Under the pieces are notes generated by a model, which saw only the letters and a program-made list of their open reading frames with translations, searched no databases and was not told where the DNA came from. Below are positions 26,871 to 40,704 of a stretch of DNA of 64,000 nucleotides, piece after piece. Positions within the stretch are counted from its first letter, which is position 1; each line of letters opens with the position of its first letter. The DNA lies in the NCBI GenBank assembly GCA_951406725.2, contig OX597823.1:42656001-42720000 (forward strand), given 5' to 3'. The position numbers were made by a program, and so were the translations under genes. This stretch comes from Octopus vulgaris (lineage: Eukaryota).

Positions 26871-27660
26871 ACATAGATTGGAGTAAATAAATGCCTCTTT
26901 AGATTGCTATGCCTATAAGTTAGCGTTTAATATTTAACGTGATTTGCAATTATATTAATCTAAACTAGTGCATCAAAAAAAGTATGATCTCCTTTTCCTA
27001 GAATTATCGTATCGAACGGGCGATACGATAGTTGTGATTAAAATAAATTCCTCTTCGTGGATGAGAGAGTAATATTCATAACAACGTTGTCTTCTCTGTT
27101 ATAAATTATGGCTGATTAACAACGTGAGCGGTAAGTATAGGGATTAGCTAAAAGTTTGACATGCGCGTTGATTGATTTGAGTTGGTCACGAGGACACTTC
27201 TACAAAAATTCTTCTTCTGCCGTCCCACATTCCCCAACACTTTAGTCACGAGGATCACATTAAAACTACCACGATCACCACCACAGTAACAGAGGAAACA
27301 TAGCAATGACAAAATAACCCATCAATGAGACATTATGTGGTCATTTGACTCGCTAGAAATGGTAAAGAATTAGAAGTGTTGCTGTAGGATTACCCATCTT
27401 TTGACGGGTAAAATAAGGGATACATACATACATGCATGCATGCATACATACATACATACATACATACATACATACATACATACATACAGTCTTATAACGG
27501 AGGGTAACGTAAAATAAGATACTCCTAGATACACTATCGTTGAGACCAAAGACGGGATACTCACAGATGGAACGCCCTCGATCATATATCTGTTCTGCAC
27601 AATCATAGCTGATCTGACGTTAGACATTTGAAAACAAATAGCAACAAAAACAACAATATT

Positions 27661-27707
<47 letters not shown>

Positions 27708-28148
27708 ACCTACTTACCTACCTACCTACCTACAGCAACACAACAATGTCAGTGTTAAAGCCAGCAATGATAAAAATCGTCGTCGTCCTCCTCCACCTCC
27801 TCTTCGCCATCATCATCGTCATCGTCATTATCATCATCATCACCATCATCGTGATCTTTACCATCCACATTGCCATTATCCATGTTTAACTGTCATGAAA
27901 TTTGTCTCATGCGATTGGACAGTTATCAAATACATCATTAAGAAGATGCCTCACTCCGCATCTAAGCCAAGCGCAACCTCATGATTTTACCGCAACCAAG
28001 AGTTTATATAACAAAACTACTTACTACAAACCACTACAACTACTACCAAAACTGTAATCGCCACTGTTAGTAACTATGTAAATATCTCTAACGAGACCAT
28101 TGCTACGACCCACTCATTCAGTCATTTTTTTCTCACCCTCAGTTACAT

Positions 28149-28213
<65 letters not shown>

Positions 28214-28489
28214 GGTGTATATATATATATATATATATATATATTTTTTTTCTTTTTAATTTTATTTTATCTAGTTTCAGCTCACGAGCTGCGGCCATGC
28301 TGGGGCACCGCCATTTATGCTGGGGCATATATATATATATATTCTTTTTCTCTAAGTTTCAGTCCAAAAACTGTGGTCATGCTGGGGCACGGCCGTTTAC
28401 TTTGCTACTCTTTCACGAAACTTCCTCTGATATGTGACATTTGGTGGATGAGGGAGTTTGACGTTGTTGCCCTCATCTGTGTTTCTTGC

Positions 28490-29890
28490 CTAGATGTAGG
28501 TTCATGCGGAACTCTTTACAGAAGGAGATCTAGTTTTGTTTTGTAAAAGCCTACATCAACGTCATGCACGTCTCTCGGGTTTTGTTGGAGGATATTGAAG
28601 AGCTGTGGGCTTTTAAACCTGAAGCTGTTTCAGTATCTAGTCCTGTATCCTGCTGTTTGTATAAGTGACAAAGCCAAAGTTTGGAACACGTTTTTCCAGG
28701 ACTTCCCAGATGTATATTACTGCATATCTTTCCCGCCTTCACTTCAGGGAGTAGGGTCTTAAATCTTTCAGTCCCTTCCAGTAGCTGATATGTCGCATTG
28801 TATCGATCATCCTTGCCTAGCTTCACCGGATCGCCTCGAGTTCCGTCGTTGATTTTACATTGTTTGGTGATCACAGCTGGGATTAGTAATTCAGGCGGCT
28901 AAGAACGAAAGTCCTCCAGAGGATCCTCATGGTTTCCTTTTCTATTGTTTTGAAAGTTCAAAGGATCCACCCGGCCAGATGTCAGCATTTTATTGCCGAC
29001 ATGGTTTTGTGCATCTGGAAAGACACATCATTACTCATGTCGATGCCCAGGTACTGGAATCCCTCCTGGGCCAGTGTATCCTATCTGCTTTTCACTGAGC
29101 TTCCTGTGTTGGTAGCACAGGGTTTAGAATTTGTCAGCATTAAAGTGGATGTTCTTTTCCTCAGCCCACCTGTATATTGAGTCCAACTCACGTTGCAGAT
29201 GAACAACATCACCAGGGTTCTGTATCCTCAGAGAGACTTTTGTATCGGCTGCTTAGCTAGCGCATGTCACAGAGGGCCATTATGAATAGCAGGGGCTCCA
29301 GGACAGTGCAATGTAAAACACCATCATTTGTATTTTCTTGGAGGTGGCCCCATTGACAGCCACTACCTGCCTTCTATCTTTTAGAAAGTCATGTAGTCAC
29401 TCTCCAAGTTTTCCAAATATGCCAATATTTCGGAGCTTGTGACAAATCATACCATGGCCGACTTTGTCAAAGGCTTTTGAAAAATCGTGGTATATCACGT
29501 CCACATTTGAGTTGTCGAGTAGCTGCTTTAGTACTCAGACGTAAATGCTGCAGCAACTGTGTCAGCCAGCTTCTACTTGGTCGAAAACCATGTTGTGTGT
29601 CAGTCAGCAGGTCATTCTCTTCAATGAATGCAATTAATTTCCTTTGGACTATTCGTTCCATGACTTTGCTGATGCGTGAGGACAGCTAGATAGGCCTAAA
29701 CTTTTTAGTGTCTTCTCTGCTTCCTCCTTTATGTATAGGGCATATTATTCCTTCCTTTAGTTTGCCCGGGAGCTTACTATTTGCAAGAAAACTCTGAAAA
29801 AGTAGCTGCGCTGGTTTTGCAAGGACTCATTTACATGACTTGAGAAGGATTGATGGGAATCCATCAGGCCCAACAGCTGAGTTTGCATTT
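28490..29890 (-). mobile_element. CR1-group LINE, RT and 3' region, decayed
   Basis: MERIV...QHGFRPSRS, VDVIYHDFSKAFDKVGHG and S*AADTK (YADD remnant). Confidence 0.9.
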
Positions 29891-30316
29891 ATATGCATGT
29901 ATGTGTGTGTGTATATATATATATATAAACATTATTCTTATTAATATCCCCACCACAACATTTGCTACCACGTGTATTACCACTACCATGTTCACATCAC
30001 CAATGCCACTATCATAACCAACACGCCATCAACCACTACCGTCACCACTACTAACTAGCACGAAGACCAGTATCTAGGGTTGCTCAATCGGTGTTCATAT
30101 GGCATACAACAAAATAGATTAGGGATCCACAATAATATTCTAAGGACCCCTGAAAATGTTTTGCTTTAGATGTATGTATTGGTATCTATTGCAAGAAACA
30201 ATTAGGTTTCTATCTCTAACATTTTACATTGTTCAACCTATAATTAATATGTGAAAATCAAAATAAGAAATTTGAAAGAAATATATGCATCAAAATAGGA
30301 AATTTGAAATAAATGT

Positions 30317-30817
30317 GTGCATAGTTAACCATCTAGAGGAGATGTATAGTTCGTGTTAAAAATGCGCAGCAATGTCCGTTCCAATGGAACAGCCATGTTG
30401 AAGTGGCTACAAACATTACTTGCCAGCACAGCTCCTGCGTTCATCACTTAGAGAGATTTTAGAACTAGCATTTTTGCTTGTTGCAAGATCAGCAACTGTG
30501 TTTCGCTTGAATTTATATATATTGCGAGCAGAAGCGAGCTACTGCCATTTCTTGCAGACGAGGTGTCCAGTTCTGAAGAGTGACAGAAATAGCCCGAAAC
30601 CAGGCTGGTCTGCTGGTCCCATCGCTAGAAGGTGGTTGGGCTTCGATCCACTGCTCGCAGTATATCGGATGCAGGAGTGCATTGTTAACTAGCTAGAGGA
30701 GATGTCCTCTTGGGCTTACAAAATCGTAGTGAAGTTCGTTCAAACGGAACAGCCATGTTGAAGTGGCTGCAAACGTTACTTGCGAGTATAACAATTGCGT
30801 TCATCTCTTATAGAGAT
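30317..30817 (+). mobile_element. Retrozyme-like or pLTR-like element: 1.4 units of a 360-bp monomer with a hammerhead motif
   Basis: 141-bp direct repeats at 30317-30457 and 30677-30817 with an exact 360-bp offset. The hammerhead motif lies at 30567-30616. Confidence 0.6.
30567..30616 (+). ncRNA. Type I hammerhead ribozyme motif, stem II degenerate
   Basis: CCAGTT-CTGAAGA-GTGACA(GAAA)TAGCCC-GAAA-CCAGGCTGG-TC-TGCTGG. Confidence 0.6.
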
Positions 30818-32869
30818 GGGGATCTACAGAATAAAATAGTAATCAAAGGGGTCAACAGATAAAAAATGGTTGGGAACCCTGGAATAAAACCCCTCAAGAC
30901 AGAGCCCTAACATAATAGCGGTCTCATAAATGAAACATGTAAAAAATAAAAGGTTAAATTACAACAGCCATAACAAATATCATTAACAATGATATTAATT
31001 GTTGTAAGAAGTATGAAAACGATTCCACTTCAATAACGTGCCAAGTAGTATTTGTGTGTAATAGCGTAGATCGGTACTATAAAACTAGTGTTCAGTACAG
31101 ATGTCATTTAAAATTTGGTAGATAAGAGCTTCAGTATCTTTTCTCTGTATTATAACTTTAAGACGTATAAGAGCGATTCCACTTAAGTGAAATACAACGT
31201 TTAGTAAATTCCCCATTATTTATCAATATACCTGACAGTGTGTCTCTTGTCTCTCTCTATTTGTCCGTCCTCCAAATAGAGATTACTCATATCTTAATGG
31301 ATTTCTCTACTTCAGTTATTAAGTACTAACTAGATATACTCTAACAAAATGTCGTATAAAAGTTATTGTTAGGAAAATACTTACTTCTGACGTTGTTGGT
31401 AGTGTTAGCTAATGTTACATTTATAATTTATTCATATTTAAATAGTATTATTGTTATTAATAACATTTTATTGCAAATATATAACAAATGAGAAATTAAT
31501 TTTAATTTTATTTTAATTTTAAAAAATATTTTGAAAATTAGTATTCATTTCATTAGTATTCATTTTGACATGAAATTTGGAAATAGTAAAAGTTATAATC
31601 ATATATACATAATTTGTGTGATATTACTTCACATTACTCATAATGATTATATGTATGCATGTATGTATGTATGTATGTATGTATGTATGTATGTATGTAT
31701 GCATGCATGTATGTATGTATCCCTTATTTTACCCGTCAAAAGATGGGTAATCCTACAGCAACACTTCTAATTCTTTATTAATTATTACCCCTATTTTTTC
31801 TAGTTTTGATTCGGCAAAATGAAATACACTAGATATACATATATTTTCACACACTTTTAAAGTTGTTATCTAACGAGTGCAGTGGCTGTCTTTATTGCAT
31901 GTATGGAAATAACCCGAAATTTTGACAATGTCTTTAGAATTACTTTTGTTCATTGTTTATAATTTACCTACATAGCTAGTATATATTCAGTTTATTTTCT
32001 TATTTACATTTGAATTATATTATCATTATTGGTGTCACTGCTATTATTAATGTCGTTGTTTTTGTCATTGTGGTTAAAAAGTGTTTGTCATAATATTACA
32101 TAAATTTTGCTTTAAAAGTAAATATTGAAGCAGAATACTAAGTCTAAAAACCTGTCTCCTCCCTACTGATCTCATAATCCACCCCACCCCCGAACACATG
32201 TAAAATTTCCCACTGCCTCCAGGAGATGGTAACTATCTTGAGAAGCTCTACTGTAGGCTGTACAAGTTCATCTTACCTTGTTTGTCCCTGATCCAGTACA
32301 TGGCAGTATGCTAATTATGAACCATGTTACGCCCATCATTAATTGACCTGTTGTAACACAAATCGACTAACACGTCGGAGATCAGTCAAACATTCTACCT
32401 GGACTGCAAAAGCCTGAACCAATGACTTTTCACAATGGTCAGAACTATCTGGGGTCACGGAACTAATCCTCTCTTCCCCGTATGTTTTATTATTTATTTA
32501 TCACTTATTCATTTAAAACGGCGTTGTTTTGTTTTCTTTAACCACGAAAGAGAATAAATGTATACAACTGGAAATGAAGCAGACTTCAAACCAGATTCAT
32601 TTTAATATTTAGTGGTAAAGATTGTTCACCTTTCTTTCTGTCAATATCTGTACAGTACTTTAAAGGCCTCGAACAAAACCATTACGCTAAATTCAAAATA
32701 AATTATGGTGATATGGAGCGGGGCATTAATAGATCAGATGTTCAATACTTGACGGTTATAATCAGTGAATAACATTCCATTAAATAAACAACAATAATAA
32801 TTTGTATCCTGTTTTCATAACCTTGTTTTGCTTATACATCGATTACAGCCTTTGTATTTAGAGGTGTCC

Positions 32870-33560
32870 ATCCATTTATCTATCCATTTTCTCCCCATAC
32901 TGTTCCTAGGAGAGTCCTGAGGGCAGAGTTCTTAGGCACCTCCTCCATAGGGTCCTATGAGAAGTAGATATCATTGCATTTTCCAGTTGAATTCCCAAGA
33001 GTTATTAATTGAAACTATGGATATTATCCAACCATCTCATTCTTGGCCCACCATTAGGTCTCCTGTCGATTAGTTCAGCTTGAAGAATCAGTCTTGTAAT
33101 TCCTTCCTGCGATATTCGCATCACATGCCTATAGTTACTGAGCTATGACCAGTCAATTCGAAAAGTAAAGGCACGACCAAGAGAAACTTCTGGATTCCGA
33201 GATATGTACATCGTCACATTGCCAAGTAACTTTACTCTAGAGATCTCCAGAGAAACTTCATTTTGGCCGCTTGTATTCACGATCGTACTCTCTCGCTCTT
33301 TAACAATGACCCAAGGTGAGCATAGACACGAAAACCGAAATGAAAATAGGAAGTTTAGGTTTTTATTAACCTCTCCTTTTCTGAAGGTTGAATGCTGAAG
33401 TTGGCGCACTGCTTTGCCATTATCAGCAGCTGTAGCATCCTATTCAGCCTTGTACCTTCCATCACCTCTGAATATGGCTCTGAGATACTTAAACGTTTCC
33501 ACTTGCTTTAGTGATATTCCACAAATATTTAGAATGCACTGAGAAAATTTTCTTTAGAAG
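32870..33560 (-). mobile_element. RTE-clade LINE 3' fragment
   Basis: LKQVETFKYLRAIF...; HVMRISQEGITRLIL...RRPNGGPRMRWLDNI. A related 3' end lies at ~51420-51680 (+). Confidence 0.8.
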
Positions 33561-35582
33561 ACTAAGTCCCAAAAGAGACTAATGTGCAAAAAAAAAAAAA
33601 AATTAATGTCTCAGTTTTCGCAAAATTTATTCTTGTTCTTAGTACAATTTTGATGTGCACTGGCTCTTATTTTTTTTAGCAGATTAAGGGACTACAAATA
33701 TGTTAACTAGCTGGTTATTTTGTGTTGTGAAGTATGGCGAGGAACCGAACCAGATATCATATAGAGGCGAGTTCAGCGCTCCATATCATTATTGTGTTCT
33801 AATGCACACTGGAGTCAATGGTTCTTCTCAACTTTCTAAATTGATAAGATAAAACAAGCTTTAGATTGATTTAATCAACTACACCACCTGCTTTTGAAAC
33901 AGGTTCTTTTGATATGTGCAAGAAAATTATTGCTTTTTCGATCTATTAGCTTTAACAGGTACTACAATGGGCGGCTAATAAAATATGCACATACACAACC
34001 AGATTTAACATAAAAGCATATTCACATTTATTTAGTATCTATTGCTGTGGATATGCGTTAACGAGTTTTAAAATAGTTTTGCTGCTATTGTTAAAGATAT
34101 TTAACCCTAGGTCAGCCCAGTTTGACCTTAATAATATTGCTTCTTACTCTTTCTCTGTCTTCATGTGTGTCGATCTCTGTTTATCTTTTTTTTAAAACCA
34201 GGATGGTGTGAGATAATTTCTGCAACTGTTTCCTACTATCTCTAGTAAATCATGTAACCTTGCAGAGGGTCTGTATTTTATAGAACACTGTCTATTGAAG
34301 TTATTAGCATTTTTATATGTGTCTTGGGTCCTCAAGCCCTGATGGAGTCGTGGATGTACTGCTGAAACAAACGGTATACCTTATCCACCTTTAAACATCA
34401 CACAGTCTATATTCTTCCAGGTTTAACAAGATTTGATTTCTTCCAGAAAAATATAATAGAGAGGTAGAGAGGTGAGTCGCCACTTGTGTGGGTCTTGGTG
34501 TTTTATTTATCCCTCCCGAAAGGTGGTAAGTCAAAACTGATCTCAGTGGCATTTGAACTTGGAGTGCAGAGAGCCAAAACGTATACCGCTAGGCAGTTTG
34601 TTCAACGTTCGACAACTCTGATTGTGGGTGGTTTAATATAATGGTGGCGGATTCACAGAACTGGGAGAGTGACGGTCAAAATGTTTCTCAGTATTCAGTA
34701 GGTCGCTAGCGGTTAAGATGAACTTTACCGTTCACGTTTCCGAGATCGATAAAATATAATTCAAATACTGGGCCTAAGTAGACAGCTATGTCATTCCCAC
34801 CAAATGTTTAACCTTGTTCCTATATAAGGAACAATTATTAGTAAGTTTTCATAAAACAGAAAAAAATTCCACAGGGCATGAGCGCACGACATCTATTTTT
34901 TCACTGACTAAATCAGAGGAGAAAGGATAAGGACCAAAACACTTTTAAGGGTCTCTGTCACTGATGAGATGAAGTTCTCATCAGACCGTACACTTGTCCA
35001 GACTGTAGAGAACGGAATTTATCGCATTAAAGGTACCCAAATGATAGGTGGCACCGTTAGAGTGACGTATTAAATATACCACGTGCCTAACAAGGAAAGA
35101 TCCAACATATGTCGGTAGAATTTAGAAGAAATGGAATGCAGGGAAGACATTTTACAGATAATGAGTTCGTTAAATCTTAATACTTTTAACGTGATTGATA
35201 GTGGAGATTATGATTTTCGGCTTAAGACGAAGAAAGCTAATTAGAGACCTTACATACTTAGTATCGTAATTTGTGAGGATGTAATGACCGTTGGCGTTCT
35301 AAGAGACAGGAACGTTATTCGATCCCCAAAACTGTTTTAAATTGATGTCTAGAATATGTAATATTATTCTTCGTTAATGTTGTGGTAAAAATATACATGC
35401 GTATAAGACAAAGGAAGACAAACAATGAGGAAAAGAGCGAAAAGCAGGTAGGTAGGAGAAGTGGAATATTACCTACAACTCATACTTTGGATTATTTATA
35501 TGTAAGATGGTGAGCTGATTGAATTGTTAGTGCACCAAATAAAATGCTTAGCGGTATTAAATTGTCTTCAGAAGATGAACAC

Positions 35583-35621
<39 letters not shown>

Positions 35622-38098
35622 TTCTCATCTGCTCTGCTGCTAGGTAAGTAATAGAGCAAACGAGGGAGAGTTTATGAATACGCATATCTGAAATTTAGGA
35701 TTTAACATTTCACCTATCTCCTTACGTTCTGATTTCGAATGCCGTCGAGGTCTATAAAATATGTAACAGCTAGGTACTGGGATCGCCGTAATCGACTGGG
35801 TGTCACCATAAAATTTCAGGTCTGGCGACTATTTCAGAAAGAATTACTTCAGTGATAAGCTAACAGAATCGGTTGCACGTCGAACAAAATGATGAGTAGC
35901 ATTTCTTCTGGATGTTTACATTCTGAGTTCAAATTCCTCAGACTTTGCCTTTCATCATTTCGGGGTCGATAAATTAAGTTCTATGTAATCTATCTAATTG
36001 ACTCCCCCCCCCTTCTGCCTAAAATAACTTACCTTGCGCCAAAATTTGAGACCATTCTTTCTATAAGTGTAAGTTTTTCTATGTCTGCCCTGCAACTCCC
36101 TAATATCCATATAAAACAATGGTTTTGTGATAGAATTAAGGATTTATTTCTAAGAAGCTGGATATTGAAAAATCGGAACAATATGGAGTGGAACAATATG
36201 GAGTGGAATCCAGATAGCGTTCTTCTCTTCAAAGATGAATCCTTCCTGGAGATGAAGTTGTTCTCTATATGTTTGAGAGCTAAACTACTGAGATTAAGTC
36301 AAGAGGCCATATTTCTTCAATTCAAAATTTATTTTGTTTATTGTTAAAATATTGCTGTTATTTTGTTTTTCATGAGAAACAATTATTTTAAAGAACTAAT
36401 TGGTGAAATGTTAAACCCTAAATTTCAGATATGCGGATTCATAAACTCTCCCTCGTTTGCTCTATTACTTACCTAGCAGCAGAGCAGATGAGAAAAGAAA
36501 GAAAGAAAGAAAGAAAGGAAGAAAGAAAGAAAGAAAGGTGTTCATCTTCTGAAGACAATTTAACAAATCCTAGGTTTTAAAACAACAAGCTAACGCTTGC
36601 TTTCACTTGTTAGATTTTAATGGGCGGCGAGCTGGTAGAATGATTAGCACGCCGGGCAAAATGTTTAGCGGCATGTCGTTCACCTTCGATTTTGTATTTC
36701 GTTCTTTTGGGTTTGGATAAAATATGTACCAGTTGAACGTTAGGACCGATGTAATCAACTTACACCCCTCCCAAATTGCTGACTAAAATTTGAAAGCAAT
36801 ATTTAATGCTTTTAGCACATACAACAGCCAGATTCGAACATGAATATCTGCTAGTTCTTGTTTTTCACCATCGGAGAACACCTCCTCCCTTTAGATGACG
36901 CTTTCATAGTACGCATGATCAACCCATGTTAGGGGACTTTGAGAGCGCATTGTTTCCATCTTATTGTGTGCCTACTCAGTCAAAATTACCCAAATGGACT
37001 AATGAATCTAACAAGAGCACAGGCTTTTCCTTATAGAATTCGGAAAACAAATAATTTATTGATGTGTGCTGATTATAATTCATGGGGTGCATGAAGAACA
37101 ACGAGAATCGAAACAATAAAATATTTCCATATATTCATTCTCAACATATTCTGTCAGACTCGAGCCTGACTATCTGATCATCATTGTTTATCATCATCAG
37201 AGAATGCCTCCTCCATTTAGGCTGACATGTGTTCATAAAACACGTGATTCATCAGGCCACCGGTATAAATACGATTAAGTATTCACGTTCGAATCTGCCA
37301 GAACGTATTAAGGATGAATTGATTCATTATTATATGAACTAGTAGTTAGATTCAAATATCGAGGAATATAGAGAAGAAAGCTACAACTAAATTCCATTCT
37401 TTGGTTGTAGGTTTTTCACGTCAACTCGATAACTAATGTTCTTAGGAATGGCATAAATGTCGCAACGCCTTCCTCACAACCTCCCAAAATGTCAGTAGAG
37501 TTAATCATTTATTGGTGATTACCGCTGATTACAAACATTAAAGCGAAGAATATAGACAATTGATGTTTTACATCATTAAATGGAAAATAAATGGCTTGTT
37601 TTCGTTTTGATTCTTTTATGGCGTTTTAAACTTTGCGCTCAGAACAAGATGAACAGCCTTTCATTTGGAGATAAGTCACCGAAGCACGTGTTTCTTAAGC
37701 AAATAAGTAAACACGAAATATAAATTAGCAATGTTTCTTTTTGAAGAGCGTTAATTAATCGCAATAATAATTAGGTTAGTCTCAATTAATTAAATCATTA
37801 CCACTTACACCTCTAATGTCTTCATGAGGATTAAATAATATTGCACACAGATGAGGAACAATTCTTCGGTTAAGCTTCTTTCACAGAAATTCTAATGGAA
37901 AAATCATATATAGTAATTTGAAGACAACTGACTGAAATATTTTATTAGTAGGAAATCTTTTCCTTCTTCCTACCAACGCCACCGAGTCAGTCACTAAAGA
38001 TAAACACACATGTGGATGTATTTATGCATATATGCATGTATGTATGTGCATGTATATATATATCTATTTATAGATATATCTTTGCCTTTATCTCTCTC

Positions 38099-38177
<79 letters not shown>

Positions 38178-38553
38178 TAAGTCATGGGAATTGAAAAACT
38201 TCAAGAAATGTCAAACAATTTGTTTTAAACGGTGGAGCTCGAACAAGATAAAGCTAAAAATATTAGCACCCAAACAATGAATAGAAAAGTCGATCTATCC
38301 AAAAGATTTTTAACCCAATATTTGGATGTGATTATTTATAGAGTTATGGACTTCGAGTTCAACCATCAAAAAACGAATTACGCACATAGACGCACGCGCG
38401 CTTGCACACACACACACACACACACATATATTTGTATCTTTATGTATATTACATACATATGTTCATACATAAACATATACCTGTCTCTCTCTCTCTATCT
38501 ATTTATCTATCTATCTGTAGAAGGTTGAAAAGGAACACAGGAGTTGATATATA

Positions 38554-38887
38554 TGGAAAAAAAGTCAAGATAGAAAATGCTAAAATAATTTTATAAAAAA
38601 CATTTCAGTACCAGTTTCAGGCATTTGAGACGTTTTCAACTGTAACGATTAAATAATTAAGTTTAGAAAAATTAGAAGAAAAGTTTTTTTAAAAGAATAT
38701 TTGTATAGTGTTTAAATACAAGGGGCATTTTCCTTGTTTCTGCCTGTCTCTGTCTTTCTTGTTTCTCTTGTGGGTTCGAGCGCGTTGTTTTCCATACTTA
38801 CAGTTGAAAAAGTTTCAATGACTGAAACCGGAACTGAAATGGTTTTTATAAAATTTTTTTACCATTTTCTACCTTGACCTTTTTCCA
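38554..38887. mobile_element. Palindromic element with ~90-bp inverted arms
   Basis: 38554-38645 is the reverse complement of 38798-38887, with scattered mismatches. Confidence 0.75.
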
Positions 38888-38898
38888 CACACACACAC

Positions 38899-39003
<105 letters not shown>

Positions 39004-39015
39004 TATATATGTGCA

Positions 39016-39054
<39 letters not shown>

Positions 39055-39109
39055 ACATGCACATACATACATATATATATATATGTATGTATTTATGTAT
39101 ATACATATA

Positions 39110-40704
39110 CAGGAGTGGCTGTGTAGTAAGAAGCTTGCTTCCGGTTACTGCGCATACGTTGATTCAGTTGTTGTTTTGTTTTGAGAATCGGACGGAATTT
39201 TTGTGCTCCTTGGCAGCGGTTTAGAGAAAATGTATTCAGATTTTAGCGGGTCTGGGTTGTCTTCAGTGGAGAAGGAGCTAGCGAAGGCGGTGAGAAGAAT
39301 GGACGGAATATTGGAGAGAATAAGAAGTTTTTCTGGGACGGCGGAGATGAAGGGAAAATATGTAGACCTAGCTGGACTAAAGGAATATGGAAAAATGACG
39401 CAGAAGGTGGGCGGCGACATGAAGTTGTCGCCCCCTAAAAGGATTATGGAGCAAATGGAGAGGAAAACTATTACCTATAGGGGCACTCACTGAAGAACAA
39501 AAAGGTGGAAGCAGAAATAACAAAAAAAGCGCTAAAGAAACAGTCGAACAAAATTATGTACATAACCAAAGGATGTAAATACGGGACGGTCATTGTCCAC
39601 TTTAGGACAGTGGAGGAACCGAGGAGGCTGGCGAATGAGGCGGTGAGGATGGAAGAGGTGGTGTTTCTGCCCACATATCTTGGAAGAAAGACTTCCAACG
39701 TAAGGGTGGAAGCAATCCCACTCGATATAGTAGTGGCATGGGTCGCGGCAGCCTTACTCATTGGAAGTGATGAGGCGGTGGCTGTCCTCGAAGCCAAGGA
39801 AACGGAAGAAGGGGGATGGAGTGGGAAATCACTGGATCTCATCGTGCAGGCGGAGGAGAGGCGGCTAGAGAGTCTGGCGGAGACGGTGACGTTGGGAGAA
39901 TTTTGTTAAGAGTGTGGGTGGAGTGTAGAGTTCCACGTTGTTTTAAATGTGGCAAAAAGGGCCACATTAGAGCACACTGTCCTCTACAGAAGAAAACAAC
40001 AGATGAAGCAGTTGTGGAGACATAGGAGAAAAGGGAGGAAGAAAAGACAGACGGAGGAAAGGAGAAAGAACGGATAGTAACAGATAGTAGAAGGAAGAAG
40101 AGGAAGAAAAGAAAGAACACTGAGTATGATGTGGTACCCCAGTCCAACTCCAAACCACCCAAGACCACTCAGACCCACCCTCCCCATACAGACACCAAAC
40201 CCACCCACCCACCCCCTTTCCTCACTGAAAACGAAAAAGAGCAGACACCACAGAATTTAGAAGACCCCTTCCCCGGTGAAAAAGGTTACCAGAGAGTGTC
40301 GTCATTGAGCGATAGCGAGAGCGGAAACAGAAGGAGTAGAACAGAGACTAAAGAGAAATTAGGACTCAGAGGCAGTGAGTGGTGTTGCTCAGTGTGGGGT
40401 GAGTAGCACACTCTTCGTATTTTCATTTTCAGATATCATGCATGTTATCATAACCTTAATTTATTTTCTCATGTTCATTTTCGTGTCACTCATAGGATCA
40501 TATTTTATTTTTACATATTTTCTATTGTTATATGTCCCCACATGTCCTGTAGTGTTATACCTTTATGGCAAAATATTGAAATAAAGAAACACCTGGTTCC
40601 GGGTTTAGACCCACTGCGTGGCACTTTGTGCGTCTTCTACTATAGCATCTGGAAGACCAAAGCCTTGTGAGTGGATTTAGTAGACGGAAATTAGAAGAAG
40701 CCCG

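Larger units (their letters stand above)
30075..30881. mobile_element. hAT-like MITE interrupted by a 500-bp insertion
   Basis: Imperfect TIRs TAGGGTTGCTCAATC / GGTTGGGAACCCTG; no clear TSD. Confidence 0.55.

Noticed and set aside
25415-26890. 100-217 aa Y/I/C/M-rich ORFs, and similar ORFs throughout the window
   Set aside because: Translations of (AT)n/(TATG)n microsatellites.
34961-34984. CTGATGA inside a 9-bp-arm palindrome, as a hammerhead
   Set aside because: There is no GAAA box or stem III downstream.
37500-37900. TAAT-rich cluster as a homeodomain enhancer
   Set aside because: Expected by chance at this AT content without conservation data.
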